Assembly (NCBI RefSeq): GCF_000143415.4
Contig: NW_003314290.1
Coordinates: 434,001-498,000 of the forward strand
Origin: Selaginella moellendorffii
Taxonomy: Eukaryota; Plantae; Lycopodiophyta
Direction: 5' to 3'
DNA length: 64,000 bases
The translations under genes were made by a program, and so were the position numbers. Numbering within the stretch: position 1 is the first letter of the stretch; each line of letters starts with the position of its first letter. The notes under the pieces are model-generated. The model worked only from the letters and a program-made list of their open reading frames with translations, was not told where the DNA came from and made no database searches. Positions 37,223 to 52,957 of this stretch are shown piece by piece.

Positions 37223-37700
37223 GGGGAAACAAATCCAGCAAAAATTTCTGTCAAGAACGATGAGATTTCGGCAGGAATCGCTAGAAAAGATGGAGTTTCT
37301 GAGGGAGGAAGCGAAGAACCCTACCGAAGAAAGCAATGGATCGCGCTCTCGTATTTGTTATAGCAGCCTACGTGGCACTATAGCAGGCATGGCACGATGA
37401 CGAATATAGAGTGATATAATCACGTCAAGCGTAGCTTGTTTCCATCGTCCAATTCAATGAACGTTTGTTGTTGAGGGTCATGGATGTCGAGCACCATGCT
37501 AGAGATTTTCTTTTAGATTTTTGTTGTATGGAACTGGTAGTTGATAGTGTGGTGGTTCCTGTGACTAGATTTAAAGTCATTTCAAGCCTGCCAAACTCAT
37601 GATTGGTATGAGCATATTCCTGATTTTTAATGGTTATGTATAATCTAAATTAAGCTCCAATAATCATTGAACTAGGTAATAATTAAATTTATAATGTGAT

Positions 37701-37772
37701 GTCGTTGTAGTATAGTGGTGAGTATTTCCGCCTGTCACGCGGACGACCCGGGTTCGATCCCCGGCAACGGCG
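37701..37772 (+). tRNA. tRNA-Asp(GTC)
   Basis: GTCGTTGTAGTATAGTGGTGAGTA...CTGTCAC...GGTTCGATCCCCGGCAACGGCG, the canonical plant tRNA-Asp pattern; T-run follows. Confidence 0.96.
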
Positions 37773-37829
37773 CAAATATTTTTTTTCTTTAGTAGATTCA
37801 GTATGCTTATTACGATATTTAGGGTTTAA

Positions 37830-39613
37830 ATGATTGACAGACTACTCAGAGCGCGCCCAGAGAAATTCGGGTCAATTGTGGACAATGCGGCTGATTTCCG
37901 ATTCCAGGTACAATTTTCCGAGGTTGCCGAGGACGAGATCGGCACTCCCTGCCTTGTTCGCCATGGATTCCGTGCTGGATCCGAGTATTTCTATCCAGCC
38001 AGGTATAAGTTCTTGTTTTCTTATTGTGAGATCTTGTTTAAATGGATGTTTTGCAGTGCTATAAAATTCTGTGGAGTGATAGCAGCATTGCTAAAACTCG
38101 GACGCGTCAGGGAGACTATGGGTTCGCCATACTCTTTCTTGTTAGCACTTGAAACTTTTTTTTGTTGATTTTCCACAGGACCTGGGATTTCCTGTTCTAG
38201 TGCTCTCCAGTTTTATCCTTTAAACGAAGGAGGACTTTTGGAGCAATATGATGCGAGCAATCTGGATGGCCAAAGGATCACTGTTGCTCATGAGCTTCGA
38301 AAGCTATTCCTGGTATTCGTTTCTTTGGATATATCTTTCATTTCATCCTTCTCATATAAATGTGTTGTTGACAGGCCTCGGACAATCGAGCTTTCAATCG
38401 GCTGTATGATTTTGTTGGCCACCGCTGGCTGAACGAGACAATGTGAGCGTTTTCAAGCAGCAGCATGACAAAAGAAAAAAAAACACACAAACAACTTTCG
38501 GATACACTGTAGGTGGCACGCAAATCTTCCCAGCGCAAGGCTTCGCCATCACCTCGCAGGAAATTTCTCGTCGTCCAGTGGCATGAACATTACTTGCAGA
38601 CCGGTTGGATTCGAAGAGCGCGCTGCTGTTCCTCCGAAACGGAGTGGTCTAACTCTGCCAGGAAACACTCCCTCGCAGGGACTGCAAGTAGGGAACGCTT
38701 ACATCGCAGATGGAAGCTTGGTAACTATTCATCCATTCTCTTCTTTCCGATCGGAAAACTCTTCTAAGAAATGACTTGCCAGGTGAACGAGCCCATGGAT
38801 TTCTCCGGGAAGAACTCCATCAGCCTTCTCGACCTCCAAAACCTCTTGATCAAAGTCACCCGACCGGACATCCACGTAAGTTTGCGTCTGTAAAATCAGT
38901 TTATATATCGCTCACGCTTTGGCTGCTGTATGAATGAAGTTAGATAATTCTCCTCTCGATCTGGACGAGGAAACATCAAAGCTGCTAATGGAAGCAATGT
39001 CTCAGTATCCAGCCGAGTCCTCCAATCCTCAGTACTATCACTACCCGGACGATTTTTGCAAGGTGAAGAACCATCTTATCTAGTTTGATCGTCTCATCGC
39101 AAAGAGTTCCTTGCAGCTGTTCTTGCCGGGGCTATGCCGGGTGCGCAGCAAAGGAGCTCTGCGGATTTACAACAAAGTTGGCCAGGCATTTGGCTTCACA
39201 ACCGAGAACGCGTAAGCAGCTCTTGCGATGGTTTTCCTAGTTTCGCGAAATCCTTCTCTCGCAGCTATGTCGTCGACGTAGAAACCGGGAGGAGCTTCTT
39301 CCTGGCCGCAACGATCTATACAAACGCAAACGGGGTTGTCAACGATGATCGCTACGAGTATGGCATTGCAGAGACGGTGATGGCGGATCTCGCCGAAGAG
39401 ATCGCTCGAGCAGTGTGGCAAATCCCGCCAGAGATCGTCAATCTGGATTGCACGCCATCAAGGCAGCAGCAGCGCGAAAAGATCGAGTCAAATGCTCGGC
39501 AAACGAGCCAAGCGACAGAGAAACCGCGAGATCTTCCATGCAAGTTGGAAGATCCAGCGAAATTCTCGTCGCGCGCGGCGAAATCTTCGTATGTTTACTT
39601 TGTCGATGAGTAA
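37830..39613 (+). CDS. Serine hydrolase with class A beta-lactamase/PBP-type motifs, multi-exon
   Basis: Spliced translation gives YFYPAS|AIK (SxxK), ASDNRAFNRLYDFVG (SDN), IYNKVGQAFGFTTENA|YVVD (KxG) and FFLAATIYTNANGVVNDDRYEY, with GT-AG introns. Confidence 0.78.
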
Positions 39614-39658
39614 CGCTCAAATTTTCATCTTGGCGGGCCTAGGTTTAGGGTTTATGCG

Positions 39659-42144
<2,486 letters not shown>

Positions 42145-42325
42145 CCAATAGCGCGTCTCAAAATGTTTTTCGGCCACTAGGTACTGAAAGAGTTTTGTAA
42201 CGCTGGCCGTGCATTGTCTCGTTGAATTTACATTTCTTTTGAGCGAGCTAAACTACCAATTGGTCCTGCATAACCAGCCAAGGCATCAGTTTGTGTCGCT
42301 CGCAATTCGTCACAGCTTACCATCT

Positions 42326-43656
42326 TCACTGGATGAGAAACCAATCTACTGGCAGGTCTCGAAGAAGGGCCTGCATGAAGTGCTTGCGCTGGAGCATGGG
42401 ACGCCCTGGGCCTCCTGTCCCGAGTTGTTTCTGAGCTTGAAATTCCCGTAGGCATATTTCCGAGGCGTCGCTGGTCTGCACAACGAAGGTTTCGTAAAAG
42501 CTTTCGTAAATCAGAGGACGAGCACAGTTAACGTACCAGCCTCCTCAAGTCCGAATATGTCAACTTCTCGGTCAGCTCTGCAATTCGCTGGAAGTCCACG
42601 TCGTCCGCAACAGATTTGTTGGTCAAGAGAGTCCGCAGCATGACTTCCCTGCCAGTCTCTTCAGGCAGCTGGAACTCCAGCGTTTTCGTGGCGTCCTGGA
42701 GCTCCTCAGCCTGCCTAGTTTAGTCGAAGCCAAAACAGTTTGGAGTGTTAGAAGCTAGAACAAGCACTGTCCGAGAGCTAGAACTCACTTTTTCGCAGCC
42801 ATTATGACACGGACGTGATCACTCGCCAAGAGCGTTTTCACCACTTCAACCAGCTTGTCCCAGTCCTTCTCTGCGATCAGCTCTTCGGTCTCATCGAAAT
42901 ACACGAGTGTCGGTTCTGCTGCCTTTGCCAGGCTAAACAGCTTTTCGATCGAGTCCGGTCCTCGCATCATGAGTCGTCGTCCCTGGAACCACGAAAAGCT
43001 TAACAAAGAGCGAAGAAAACAAGGACGGAAAGAACTGAAAAGAACCTCCACATAGACGAAGTTGAGGCGAGCTTCATGGCAAGCAGCTTTGGTCACCGTT
43101 CTTTTCCCGCAGCCAGATGGACCACAAAGAAGCAAATAGCCCGACTGCAACAAAGAGTCGAGACACAGATAAGTCACCTCGAAAGTTCCAGTGAGAAAGG
43201 ATGTGATCTCGCTGCGAAGAATTGTAGGCGCGTAGACCAAATCCCAGCCGATTGTCGGTATTCCTTCGAATCCAACCTCTCTGGACGAACGAGGCACCCT
43301 AAACTTCGTGATTTTGCGAAAGATTTCGAGTAAAGATTGCTCATCTCGATCAAAATCAGCCAATTTACCATGAAATCTTCGGTCCTCACGAACATGAGTT
43401 GCAGATCGGCCTCATGGAACCTCTGGCGGAGGCTGCCCCCATGCGCTTCCATATGCGCTCCAACGTTCCTAGCTACAGCACGCAAACCTGCCTCCTTGCA
43501 CAGCTTCTTGAGCTCTTCCGCATTGTAGCCCGCGGTGGCGATCACTGCCGCATCGACGCTGAAATCCGGCGAAATCCTCATGGGCTGCACGATCAGCGCC
43601 TCGATCACTTGCCCCCTCGCCTTGGCGGAGAGAAGCTCTTCGTCGGGAGCGTCCAT
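42326..43656 (-). CDS. Degenerate AAA-family protein (lid subdomain plus one divergent AAA domain), multi-exon
   Basis: TAGYNAEELKKLCKEAGLRA lid; LLCGPSGCGKRT; LFSLAKAAEPTLVYFDE; LPEETGREVMLR..DDVDF..LTYSDL; stop at 42326. Confidence 0.7.
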
Positions 43657-45435
43657 GTCGAAAACAAGGGCAAAATTTTGAGCGGGAATGCCTCACAACA
43701 ACGAATAGAACGATGCCGCGTGGAAGATTTTAAATAGAAGAGTTAGATTAAACGGTTTTCTACTGTAAACTGAGGGGATTCTTCCTGGAAATCCATTCTA
43801 GCGACAACTTTGCCATCTCGTGGACATTATTACGTGGGAAGCGCACGGGGTGTTTGATCTCTTAGAGCATTCGGATCTGGAATGGCTCCTGTGCATTTTC
43901 CTTGTGGATATACAAACAATGACGTGGACACCAAGTGTTAATTTACTCAAAATGTAATGCAAAGACATATATATATATACATATACATATATATGTGTGT
44001 GAATATTACAAACCTTCCCCTTTGAAAGAAGTAAAGTACTTTACCCTTATCTGAAGAAAATAAGGTAAATAAAAGAAAATAAGAAAAAATTAAGGAAAAA
44101 ATAAAGAAAAATTAGCAATTGTCAAAGCATAAATAGGGAAATAAGAAGGAGGCTTCTTATTTTAAAAGACTCTATAAAATAAAATGCCAAATAATAGTAT
44201 AAAGTATTTCGGCCAATACAAGATAAGTAAAAAGATTTACATCATTCAACTTGTTCAACACATAACTCAACATTTAAGAAAAAACAATCAAAGACTTTGC
44301 TAACAAAATAAAAGCAAAACTCTCAACTTAAACACACCTTACATTTAAATTAGTATGAGGAGAATGTAATCTCTTAGATATTTAGGGTTAAAAGTTTATA
44401 GAGTTCAAAATTTAAAGACCCTTAAAGAAAGGGGGTGCATTGTTGTTTATGAATTCTTTTCCTTTATATTTGAATTTGAATTGATTATTTTTTAATTTGT
44501 TCTTTTTAGTTATTTATAAAGTACATAAACACTCAATTCAACATTGAATTAAGAATAGAATCACAAAAGACAAAATTGGTTAAGATGCTAGAAGAAGAAA
44601 ATGCTGCAAATAAAAAAGAAATATTATGAATTTGCAGGAAAGGTTGGGAGATTAAAAAAAGGATAAGAAAGAGCAAAAGACAAAGTAAAAGAATTATATG
44701 GTTGATTAAAGGATTGACATCTACCTTGTGAAATCTTTAATTGATCTTCAAAGCTATCATCAAAATAATTAAATTCTTTATTAGCAAGAGTTCACTCAAA
44801 TTTGTAAATATTGTCTTCCTATTCAATCTAAACATCCTCTAAAAATCTGATTACATCATTTATAACTCTGTAATCAATGTTTTAATCACAATCGCAAAAT
44901 CAGAAAACACTAAAAATAGGAAAAAAAATATATAATCACATTCCATGGAAACTAAAGATAACAAAACATCAAAAATTGAAATAGTATCAACAAAATCATG
45001 CCACACAAACACTAAAAGCTTGATTTGAAAAGAATTCATTTGCAAGAACAATTGCCAAATGGCAACAATGATGTATTAACTACAACCTCCAATCATACAC
45101 TCTTTAATTGAACACTGCATAGTATGGCAGAAGAAAAAAATGCAATGAAGATCAAAGGAAAAATAGATAAATAATTATAAATCTTCAATCTGGCAAAAAA
45201 CTAATATAGGTTTAGATCAAGGGATAAGAATAAATCACAATTCGTAATACTAAGTACTTTTCAGAGATTATCTTCAACACCACTTACCTTCACCTGAATT
45301 GAATAAATATTTTAATTAGGTGGGGTTTAGACCCGTCCATATATATAGTAATGGATAGACCAAATTTAATCTCACCAACTATATTATTATAATTAGCATG
45401 TTTACTAGCAATTTAATGGTAAACTTTTGCTAAAC

Positions 45436-46975
45436 TATGATTGCAAAGGCAGCGGTGTGTCAAGGTAAAGATGCCGTGCTAGCTTGAGATTTCAAGGGCC
45501 TGAGCTATTAGGCAAGTATCTTCAAGACAGCGAAGAACACTCTTTAGGCCTTTGTGTTATCTGCCTTGATGAGGTAAGCCTCCAGTTTCGTTTGTTCCGA
45601 CGCTCAAGCAAACGTTTATCCAGGAGGATTCTTTGTGTTCAAAACGAGGGACTGATCGTGTTGTGAACCGATTTTTGGTGGAGATGGACGGTTTGCAAGA
45701 GTTGAATGATGTGATTGTCGAACAGGACTTCTCTACTCTATACCAATTAGAGTTTGTATCTAACCTTTTTTGCTCTATGTGCTTTTCAAGGATTGAGGCA
45801 GTGGAGCTTTCACTGTGGACACGCGAGCCTCTTCATCGGGAAGAGGTATTCGGACATGGTGGCCAAGCCGTCCTGGACGAAGGAAAGCCTTCTCACGCTT
45901 AAGAGGCTTTTGGCAGCTGGAGTTGATCTGGCCAAGCTCGCAAAATCAGCTCAGCTCGAAGGCTTGAGCGGGAGTCATCTCTCCGAGCTCGTGAGTTCCC
46001 CGGTTTTGCTTCTTGGAAGTTGATGGGAAAACTCCTGTGTGTTTCTTTCAGGTTGAGCACTGCTGAAATCTGCCAGCGTCACTTCGAGACGGCGCGCGAG
46101 AAATTGGGGAAGCGTTTAGCCAGAGTTGCAAGCGTCGATAACAATCGAAGGTGTTCCAATGCGTGACGGCTCTATGACAAATTTGCGTGCCTATTGCCAA
46201 GTCACGAAATTTTGTTCGTCCACTGAAAGATGGAAGCAATAAACAATTAACCTTAAGAGTCGAGACATAGATATAAGCCACCTGGAAAGTTTCCTGTGTA
46301 GAAAAAGGATACAATCTCATTGCGAAGATTTGTAGGCCCGTAGATCGAATCCCAGCCGATTCTCGGTATTTCTTCTCAGAAGGCACCCTTTGAAGCGCGC
46401 CTCCTGGACAAAACAGAGATTTTGCCTCGTCTCGATCAAAATCTGCCAGATTTACCATGAAATCTTCCAGATCGGCCCCATGGACCCCTTGGCGGAGGCT
46501 TCCCCCATGCGCTTCCAAATTGTTCCTATCTATAGCGCGCAAACCTGCCGAGTCGTTGCACAGCTTCTTGAGCTCTTCCGCATTGTAGCCCGCGGTGGCG
46601 ATCACTGCCGCATCGACGCTGAAACCCGGCGAAATCCCCTCATCGGCTGCACGATCAGCGCCTCGATCGCTTGCCTCCTCGCCTTGGCGGAGAGAAGGGA
46701 TTGTAGGGCAAACTTTTGCGCGGGAACACAACGAATAAACTGGTGCCGCGTGGAAGATTTTAAGAGATAGAGTTAAGATTAAATTCTAGCTCTCGTGTCG
46801 CATCATTGACGGATTCCCATCTCATGGATATTCTAGCGACGACTTTGCGCCATGCGAGGCACTTCATCTGCTAGAGCATTCCGATCCGGAATAGCGCCCG
46901 TGCGTTTTTCTCGTGGATATACGGTGCCCGATCAACAATGACGTGGACAGTAAGTGTTAATTTACTCCAAATGTA
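45436..46975. pseudogene. Decayed duplicate of about 41250-43960 (3' half of the NVL-like gene plus the 5' part and promoter of the degenerate AAA gene)
   Basis: Shared blocks GPELL(G/R)KYL, VNxFLVEMDGLQEL, LAAGVDLAKLA..LEGLSGSHLSEL, FSVDAAVIATAGYNAEELKKLC and upstream aacaatgacgtggaca..aagtgttaatttact, with deletions and frameshifts. Confidence 0.85.
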
Positions 46976-47328
46976 AGACCGACGATTTTGAAAGAAAGCC
47001 TTTGAAGCTATGCCGCAATGAAGCTTGCTGTTCCATCGCTAGGGTTCTCATCCTCTAGGGCTTGGGGCGAGGCCTGTGGCAGCGGCGGGGAGCCGCGGAT
47101 CTCTGGGAAGGTAAGATCTCACCGCGGGAGCGGCGCCTTCGGGAATCTCTTTCTGCCAGAGCTAGATTTTTCATTCTCTTGATTGAAATTTGGATTTCCA
47201 GGATCGAGGAGAGCGTCCAGGAATGCGGCTGTAATTCGCTCGACCATGCTGTTGCTGCCGTGTATCGACCGGTAGCGTGTTTCGTCCGCACGGATTTCGC
47301 CCAAATTTCGCTCCACTGCGAATCAAGG

Positions 47329-49799
47329 ATGGATGCATGGTCTACTCTCTCAATTTTGCTACTGCTGCTGCTAGTAGCGCCAGACGTGCATGGAAAATTC
47401 CTGGTGGAGAAGAACAGTCTCAGCGTGACCTCGCCAGATTCGCTCAAAGGCACGTACGATAGCGCTATTGGGAATTTTGGTGTTCCACAGTATGGTGGGA
47501 CTATGGTTGGAACTGTGACTTATCCGAAGGATTCGAGGATGGCATGCAAACCGTACAGTGATTCCGATACTTTCAGGAGGAAATCCGGTGGGCTTCCCAA
47601 CGTGGTGCTTGTCGATCGAGGAGGTGAGCTCACGATTCTTTGCTCACTTCTACTAAATTTTTCTCTCCAGATTGTTACTTCGCTTTGAAGGTTTGGAACG
47701 CACAAAACGCTGGAGCGGCTGCTGTACTGGTTGCGGATGATAGAACCGAGCCTCTGATCACCATGGACTCTCCAGAGGAGGACTCTGCGGCGTCCGAGTA
47801 CGTGGAAAACATCACGATCCCTTCGGCTTTGATCGAGAAAAGTTTCGCGGATAAGCTCAAGAGGGCTCTCTCGGACAACGAGATGGTGAACATCAACCTT
47901 GACTGGAGGGAGTCGCTTCCACATCCGGACGACAGGGTGGAATACGAGTTCTGGACCAATAGCAACGACGAGTGCGGACCGAAGTGTGATGCACAGAAGG
48001 AATTCGTGAAGAACTACAAGGGAGCAGCACAGATTCTTGAGCGAGGTGGCTACACACTTTTCACTCCTCACTACATTACCTGGTACTGTCCTCAAGCGTT
48101 CATCTTGAGTAAACAGTGCAAGTCCCAGTGCATCAATCATGGACGATACTGCGCGCCGGATCCAGAACAAGACTTTAACCGGGGCTACGATGGAAAAGAT
48201 GTAGTGGTAGAGAATCTCAGGCAGCTCTGCGTTTTCAAGGTTGCTACCGAGGAGAGGAAACCATGGGTATGGTGGGACTACGTTACTGATTTCCAGATCC
48301 GGTGTCCTATGAAGGAGATGAAGTACAATGAGGCTTGCGCGGAGGACGTTCTCAAGGCTTTGGGTAAGAACCTGCTTGTCTTCACTTATTTCACTGAAAA
48401 CTGTTTCTAATGTTGGCCTCTTCTAGATATTCCTGTGCACAAGGTGCGCGACTGTATGGGGAATCCAAACGACGACAAGGATAATGCTGTTCTGAAATCC
48501 GAGCAAGACGCTCAGGTTTGTGGTGTCTAATAGGCATAATTTTCTCTTACATTCGAAGCACAGGTGGGACATGGCAGCCGTGGTGACGTTACCATTTTGC
48601 CAACACTAATAGTGAATAACAGGCAGTATAGAGGTATCACTAGAGTCCTTGGAGAGTCTTACTGATATATCTTTGGTGCAGGCAAGCTGGATAAAGCCGC
48701 GGTGCTGAAAGCTATTTGTTCGGGTTTCCAAGAAACTACAGAGCCAGCCGTCTGTTTGAGTGAAGGTAGATTCCGATCATTCAAGGACTCTTCCGTTGAA
48801 GCTTTTTTCAGATATGCAAACAAACGAATGCCTTACGAACAATGGGGGATGCTGGCAGGACAAGAGCGCGAACGTCACCGCATGTAAAGTAAGTTATCAG
48901 ATTTTATTCTTGTTTGCAGTCAGCTTTTTCGTCTTTGCAGGATACTTTCCGTGGAAGAGTGTGCGAGTGTCCCATTGTGCAAGGCGTGCAGTACAGCGGA
49001 GATGGATACAGTCACTGTGAAGGTACTTGTGAAATCTATCTTCTCTGTGATAGTTCTAATGTCCTGCGTTGTTTAGCTCTCGGACCTGGGAGATGCAAAC
49101 TTAATAATGGAGGATGCTGGCAGCATACTCGAAACGGTGTAACTCATACAGCATGCTCGGTAAGAAAATTATCTAGCAGGACTCTTTACAAACAAAGTTT
49201 ACGCATGCAGGATAGACAATTGAAAGGATGCCAGTGCCCCTCCGGTTTCAAGGGAGACGGTTTTAACACTTGCGAAGGTGAGCACAAACCAAAAAGCTTT
49301 CAACGTTCTTATATAAGTTCCCGTGATTCTCTCCCCAGACATCGATGAATGTCGTGAGCGCGTCGCCTGCCAGTGCCCGGATTGTACTTGCAAGAACACT
49401 TACGGTAGCTATGACTGCTCCTGCAGCGGTGATCTTCTTTACATGCGAGAACACGATACTTGCATAAGTAAGTTCCTTGGGATGTTTCCACAGGCTTGAT
49501 TTTATTGGTTTCTTTCGCTTTCCAGGCAAGAAAGGCTCCACCGCGAAAGTTGGCTGGGTTGTCATCTTCACTGTTCTTGGTGGACTCTCAGCTGCCGCTA
49601 TCGCTGGCTACGTTGTTTACAAATACAGGCTCCGGGTAATATCAATTCGTGCTCGCTTGATCCAGCAAAACTTAACGTTCTCTACTGGAAACTTTTCCTG
49701 TAGTCTTACATGGATTCGGAGATTAGAGCTATCATGGCACAGTACATGCCGCTCGACAGCCAAAACGACGTGCATCACCACTTGCAAGAGGATGCTTGA
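47329..49799 (+). CDS. VSR: Vacuolar sorting receptor (BP-80/VSR), multi-exon
   Basis: [23 protein letters not shown] domain, [18 protein letters not shown] repeats, TM segment, [17 protein letters not shown] tail. Confidence 0.96.
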
Positions 49800-49896
49800 T
49801 TGTATATGTAACTATCAATGTTGTTACAACAGGACAGGTAAATGCATCGTTTTTCTTACTCGAGAAATCTCTGGTCTTATTGTGCTATGCGATCTT

Positions 49897-50908
49897 TCAA
49901 TCCTGTTCATCGGCCTCTTCTTGAGATCGAAGAAAGAGGTTGAGCTTCGATTTAAAGTTTGCCGGGACTCTCACAGGCTTGTAGTTCCTATCCAGGCAAA
50001 CAGCGGTGGCCTTGGCCTCCAAAACTGCCTGTGAAAGAAAGGAGAAGATTTTAGTTCCTGGAGACTTCACGGGACAAGAATCACCTCTTGGTTTGGAAGC
50101 TTGTAGATGGTTTGCTCGAAGAAGATCCTAGCGGCCGACGAGCTGCTGATCCTGGCAGTGACCACAAAGTCCTCACCGCTCTGGCTGTCTCGAGCGAATC
50201 AAAACTCTTGCAATCACAGTTTGCAAGAGAAGTTTGCACGTACTCGTAAAGGAGAGAGGAACTTCATCGAGAGATCCGACAGCGCAAGCGCCTCGCCAGT
50301 TCTAGCGATGGAGTCTGCGTTGATTCCCATCTCCTCGAAGAGCTCGTGCCGTGCTAGAAAAAAAAAAAGAAAAGCTCGAGCTTGTTTGGAGCGCTCTAGA
50401 GAAACTTAGAATCGTTTACCGTGCTGGCAGTAGCTCGCATAGATCGCGTTATTGACGACTCCATACTGATCTAGCTCATAGTCCCGGACTTTGAGCTTCA
50501 CTTCGTAAGGCTTTCTCATACTGAAAGAAAAAGTCACGAGTCAGTCCTTCGGAAAATCCGCATGCAATGAGCAATAGAAACCACGAAATCTAAGAAGAAA
50601 AGCATGGAGTTTAGCTCCACAAAATCACTCGAGCGACGGACTCTGGGGATTCACGCCGCCGCTCAGCGCGAGGAGCACGGATCTTGCATTCGTTTCTACA
50701 CTCCTGATGACAATATCTCATCGGCAGGAGCTCTAGCCAATGCGATGGCGGAATCTCAAAATCCCAAGGGGCAAAGCTCTCACCTGAGCGATCCGAGCGT
50801 CTGGAGACCATCGACAAAGCTGGACCTCACGGCAATCGATCTGGCGCAGCGCCGCGGCACGAATCCAGAGAAGCCGGGCAAGGCTCTCGCTGGAGGAAGA
50901 GCCTCCAT
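49897..50908 (-). CDS. Acyl-lipid thioesterase (ALT/MKS2-like, hotdog fold), plastid, multi-exon
   Basis: [25 protein letters not shown]|[26 protein letters not shown]|[25 protein letters not shown]. Confidence 0.9.
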
Positions 50909-50922
50909 TTTTTTGGCATAAA

Positions 50923-51022
50923 CCCTAAGTTCGTGATATTTAAACGATCGCTTGCCACGTGGATAACGGGTTTCCGGCAGCCGTCGATTCCTCCTATTTG
51001 ATATCATTTCACGAACTTAGGG
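50923..51022. promoter_or_regulatory. Candidate bidirectional promoter with a 14-bp inverted repeat around a G-box
   Basis: ccctaagttcgtga (50923-50936) and tcacgaacttaggg (51009-51022); gccacgtgg at 50954-50962; lies between divergent ATGs at 50908 and 51179. Confidence 0.55.
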
Positions 51023-51178
51023 CTCCATGGCTTGTGGCTCGGAATTGTGAGATCATCGCTGCGCAATCGGATCTCCAGGTCTGCAAGCTCAATCTGTGAT
51101 TGAATCGCGCCACGCGCAACCACAAGCTGATTGGAGATCCTGCGATTCTTTTCTTGCAGCGATCGAGCGCAATCGACA

Positions 51179-52361
51179 ATGCTTCCCTATTCCACCGCCG
51201 CCGAGGCCCAGGCGGCGCTGGGGCGGCCGCTAACGTTCCTGGAGACGCTGTGGCTCCAGCACACGGCCAATCGCAGCGATTATTTTCTCTACTGCCTCAA
51301 CATCGTTTATCTCTTTGTAAACTTCACTGTTCTTCCACTCCCCACGGTCATCCTCGACGTTCTCAAGGTGAGAGCCTTCGAGCGATTCAAGCTCCAGCCG
51401 GGCGTCCACACTACGATCAGCGACGCTCTTCGCTGCTACAAGAGCGTGATTTGGTCCTTTTGCACGGTGGTCGGGCCTCTCCAGCTCCTCTCTTATCCCA
51501 TGGTTAAGGTAAGTTTTTTTCTCGTTCTTCCATCTGGTTTGTTCTTCCGGGTTCTTAATTCTTTCGTGGTGGATGCACAGCACAGATGCTGGGATTCCGG
51601 ACGAGCCTTCCACTGCCGTCTTGCGGGGAGATTGTCAGCCAGCTCGCGGTGTATTTTTTGATCGAGGACTATGGGAACTACTGGATCCATCGCTGGCTCC
51701 ACTGCGGCTGGGGATACAAGAACATCCACTACTTGCACCATGAGTTCACGGCGCCGATGAGCTTCGCGGCCCCGTATGCTCACTGGGCCGAGATTCTGGT
51801 TTTGGGAATTCCATCTTTTGTAGGTCCGGCTCTAGTTCCTGGTCATATGGTTACTCTATGGCTCTGGATTGCGTTGCGACATATCGAGGCTATGGAAACT
51901 CACAGCGGGTAATGGAGAAAGATCTAAAGAAGTTCCTTTTGTCTCAAGATGATCGATCGTTTTTGACACAGGTACGATTTCCCGTGGAGCTTCACGAAGT
52001 TCATTCCTTTCTACGGCGGAGCCGAGTATCACGACTACCACCATTTTGTTGGAGGCAAGAGCCAGAGTAACTTTGCGTCGGTTTTCACGTACTGCGACTA
52101 CTTGTATGGCACGGACAAGGTATGGATCATGCAAGTCTCTAGTTTTTCCTGGCGCTTACGTTGGTTCCAACAGGGATATCGATACCAGAAGAGCCTGATG
52201 AAGGTAAAGAGTTCTCTCTCTCTCTCTCTCTCTCTCTGATGATGATGATGATGATCTCTCATCGCTCTATACTTCGATGTTCCTCGCAGATCACGAAGAA
52301 CAAACTTGGCGAAGAAACCAGCGGCTGGGTCGGCGATAGCGGTGATAAGAAGTCCAGTTAG
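51179..52361 (+). CDS. SMO1: Sterol 4-alpha-methyl oxidase, SMO1 type, multi-exon
   Basis: MLPY..EAQAALGRPLT N-terminus; His boxes HRWLH, HYLHH, HDYHH; APYAHWAE; THSGYDFPW. Confidence 0.94.
52214..52256. repeat. Compound (TC)n(TGA)n microsatellite in the last SMO1 intron
   Basis: Directly visible. Confidence 0.9.
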
Positions 52362-52957
52362 AAGTGAAGGCACTGTGCGCATAAAAAGGAATATACGCTT
52401 TGTAGAATATGCTTGGCGAATATGCCTGTATAGAACATGCCTGGCGAATATACTTTTTACATTTAAAATTGGGCCAACGGTCACTCGGCACGCGAGAGCA
52501 ATGCTATTCACGATGGCCCAAATTTTCTTTTCTCTTCCAAAATCGATGGCGTTCTCCCTCCCTGGCAGCTGGCGGATTTCGGCCACTGTCCCAAATAGGG
52601 TGTGAAATCAAGGCAATGCATGATCATCCATGGTCGTGGACCCCTCGCTTTTCCTTGGCAGCCCTAATTCTTGGCTTCTTCACAAGGGCGGGGTCCCTCT
52701 AGGGTTTTAGTCTTGGCGCAAGCATTGGCGGCCACGAAGCGCGCGATCGATCTACCCCGCGCGTGCTCGGAGGTACAATCCCTATTTCTTCTCGAAATAT
52801 GCGAGCTGGATCGCTTGGATTCTTCAGCCTGCCGCTCTTCTCCTTCTCGCCGCCGCCGCCGTAGCGCTCTCTTCCCTTTTCGGCTCCCTTTCTCTATATT
52901 TCGGTCATCCCGGCAGCGATCTTCTTCCCTTTTCTGGTCCTTTCCTTTTCTTCGATC

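Noticed and set aside
43960-45430. AT-rich insert between the AAA pair and its duplicate as a defined transposon
   Set aside because: No TIRs, LTRs, TSD or coding remnant that I could establish.
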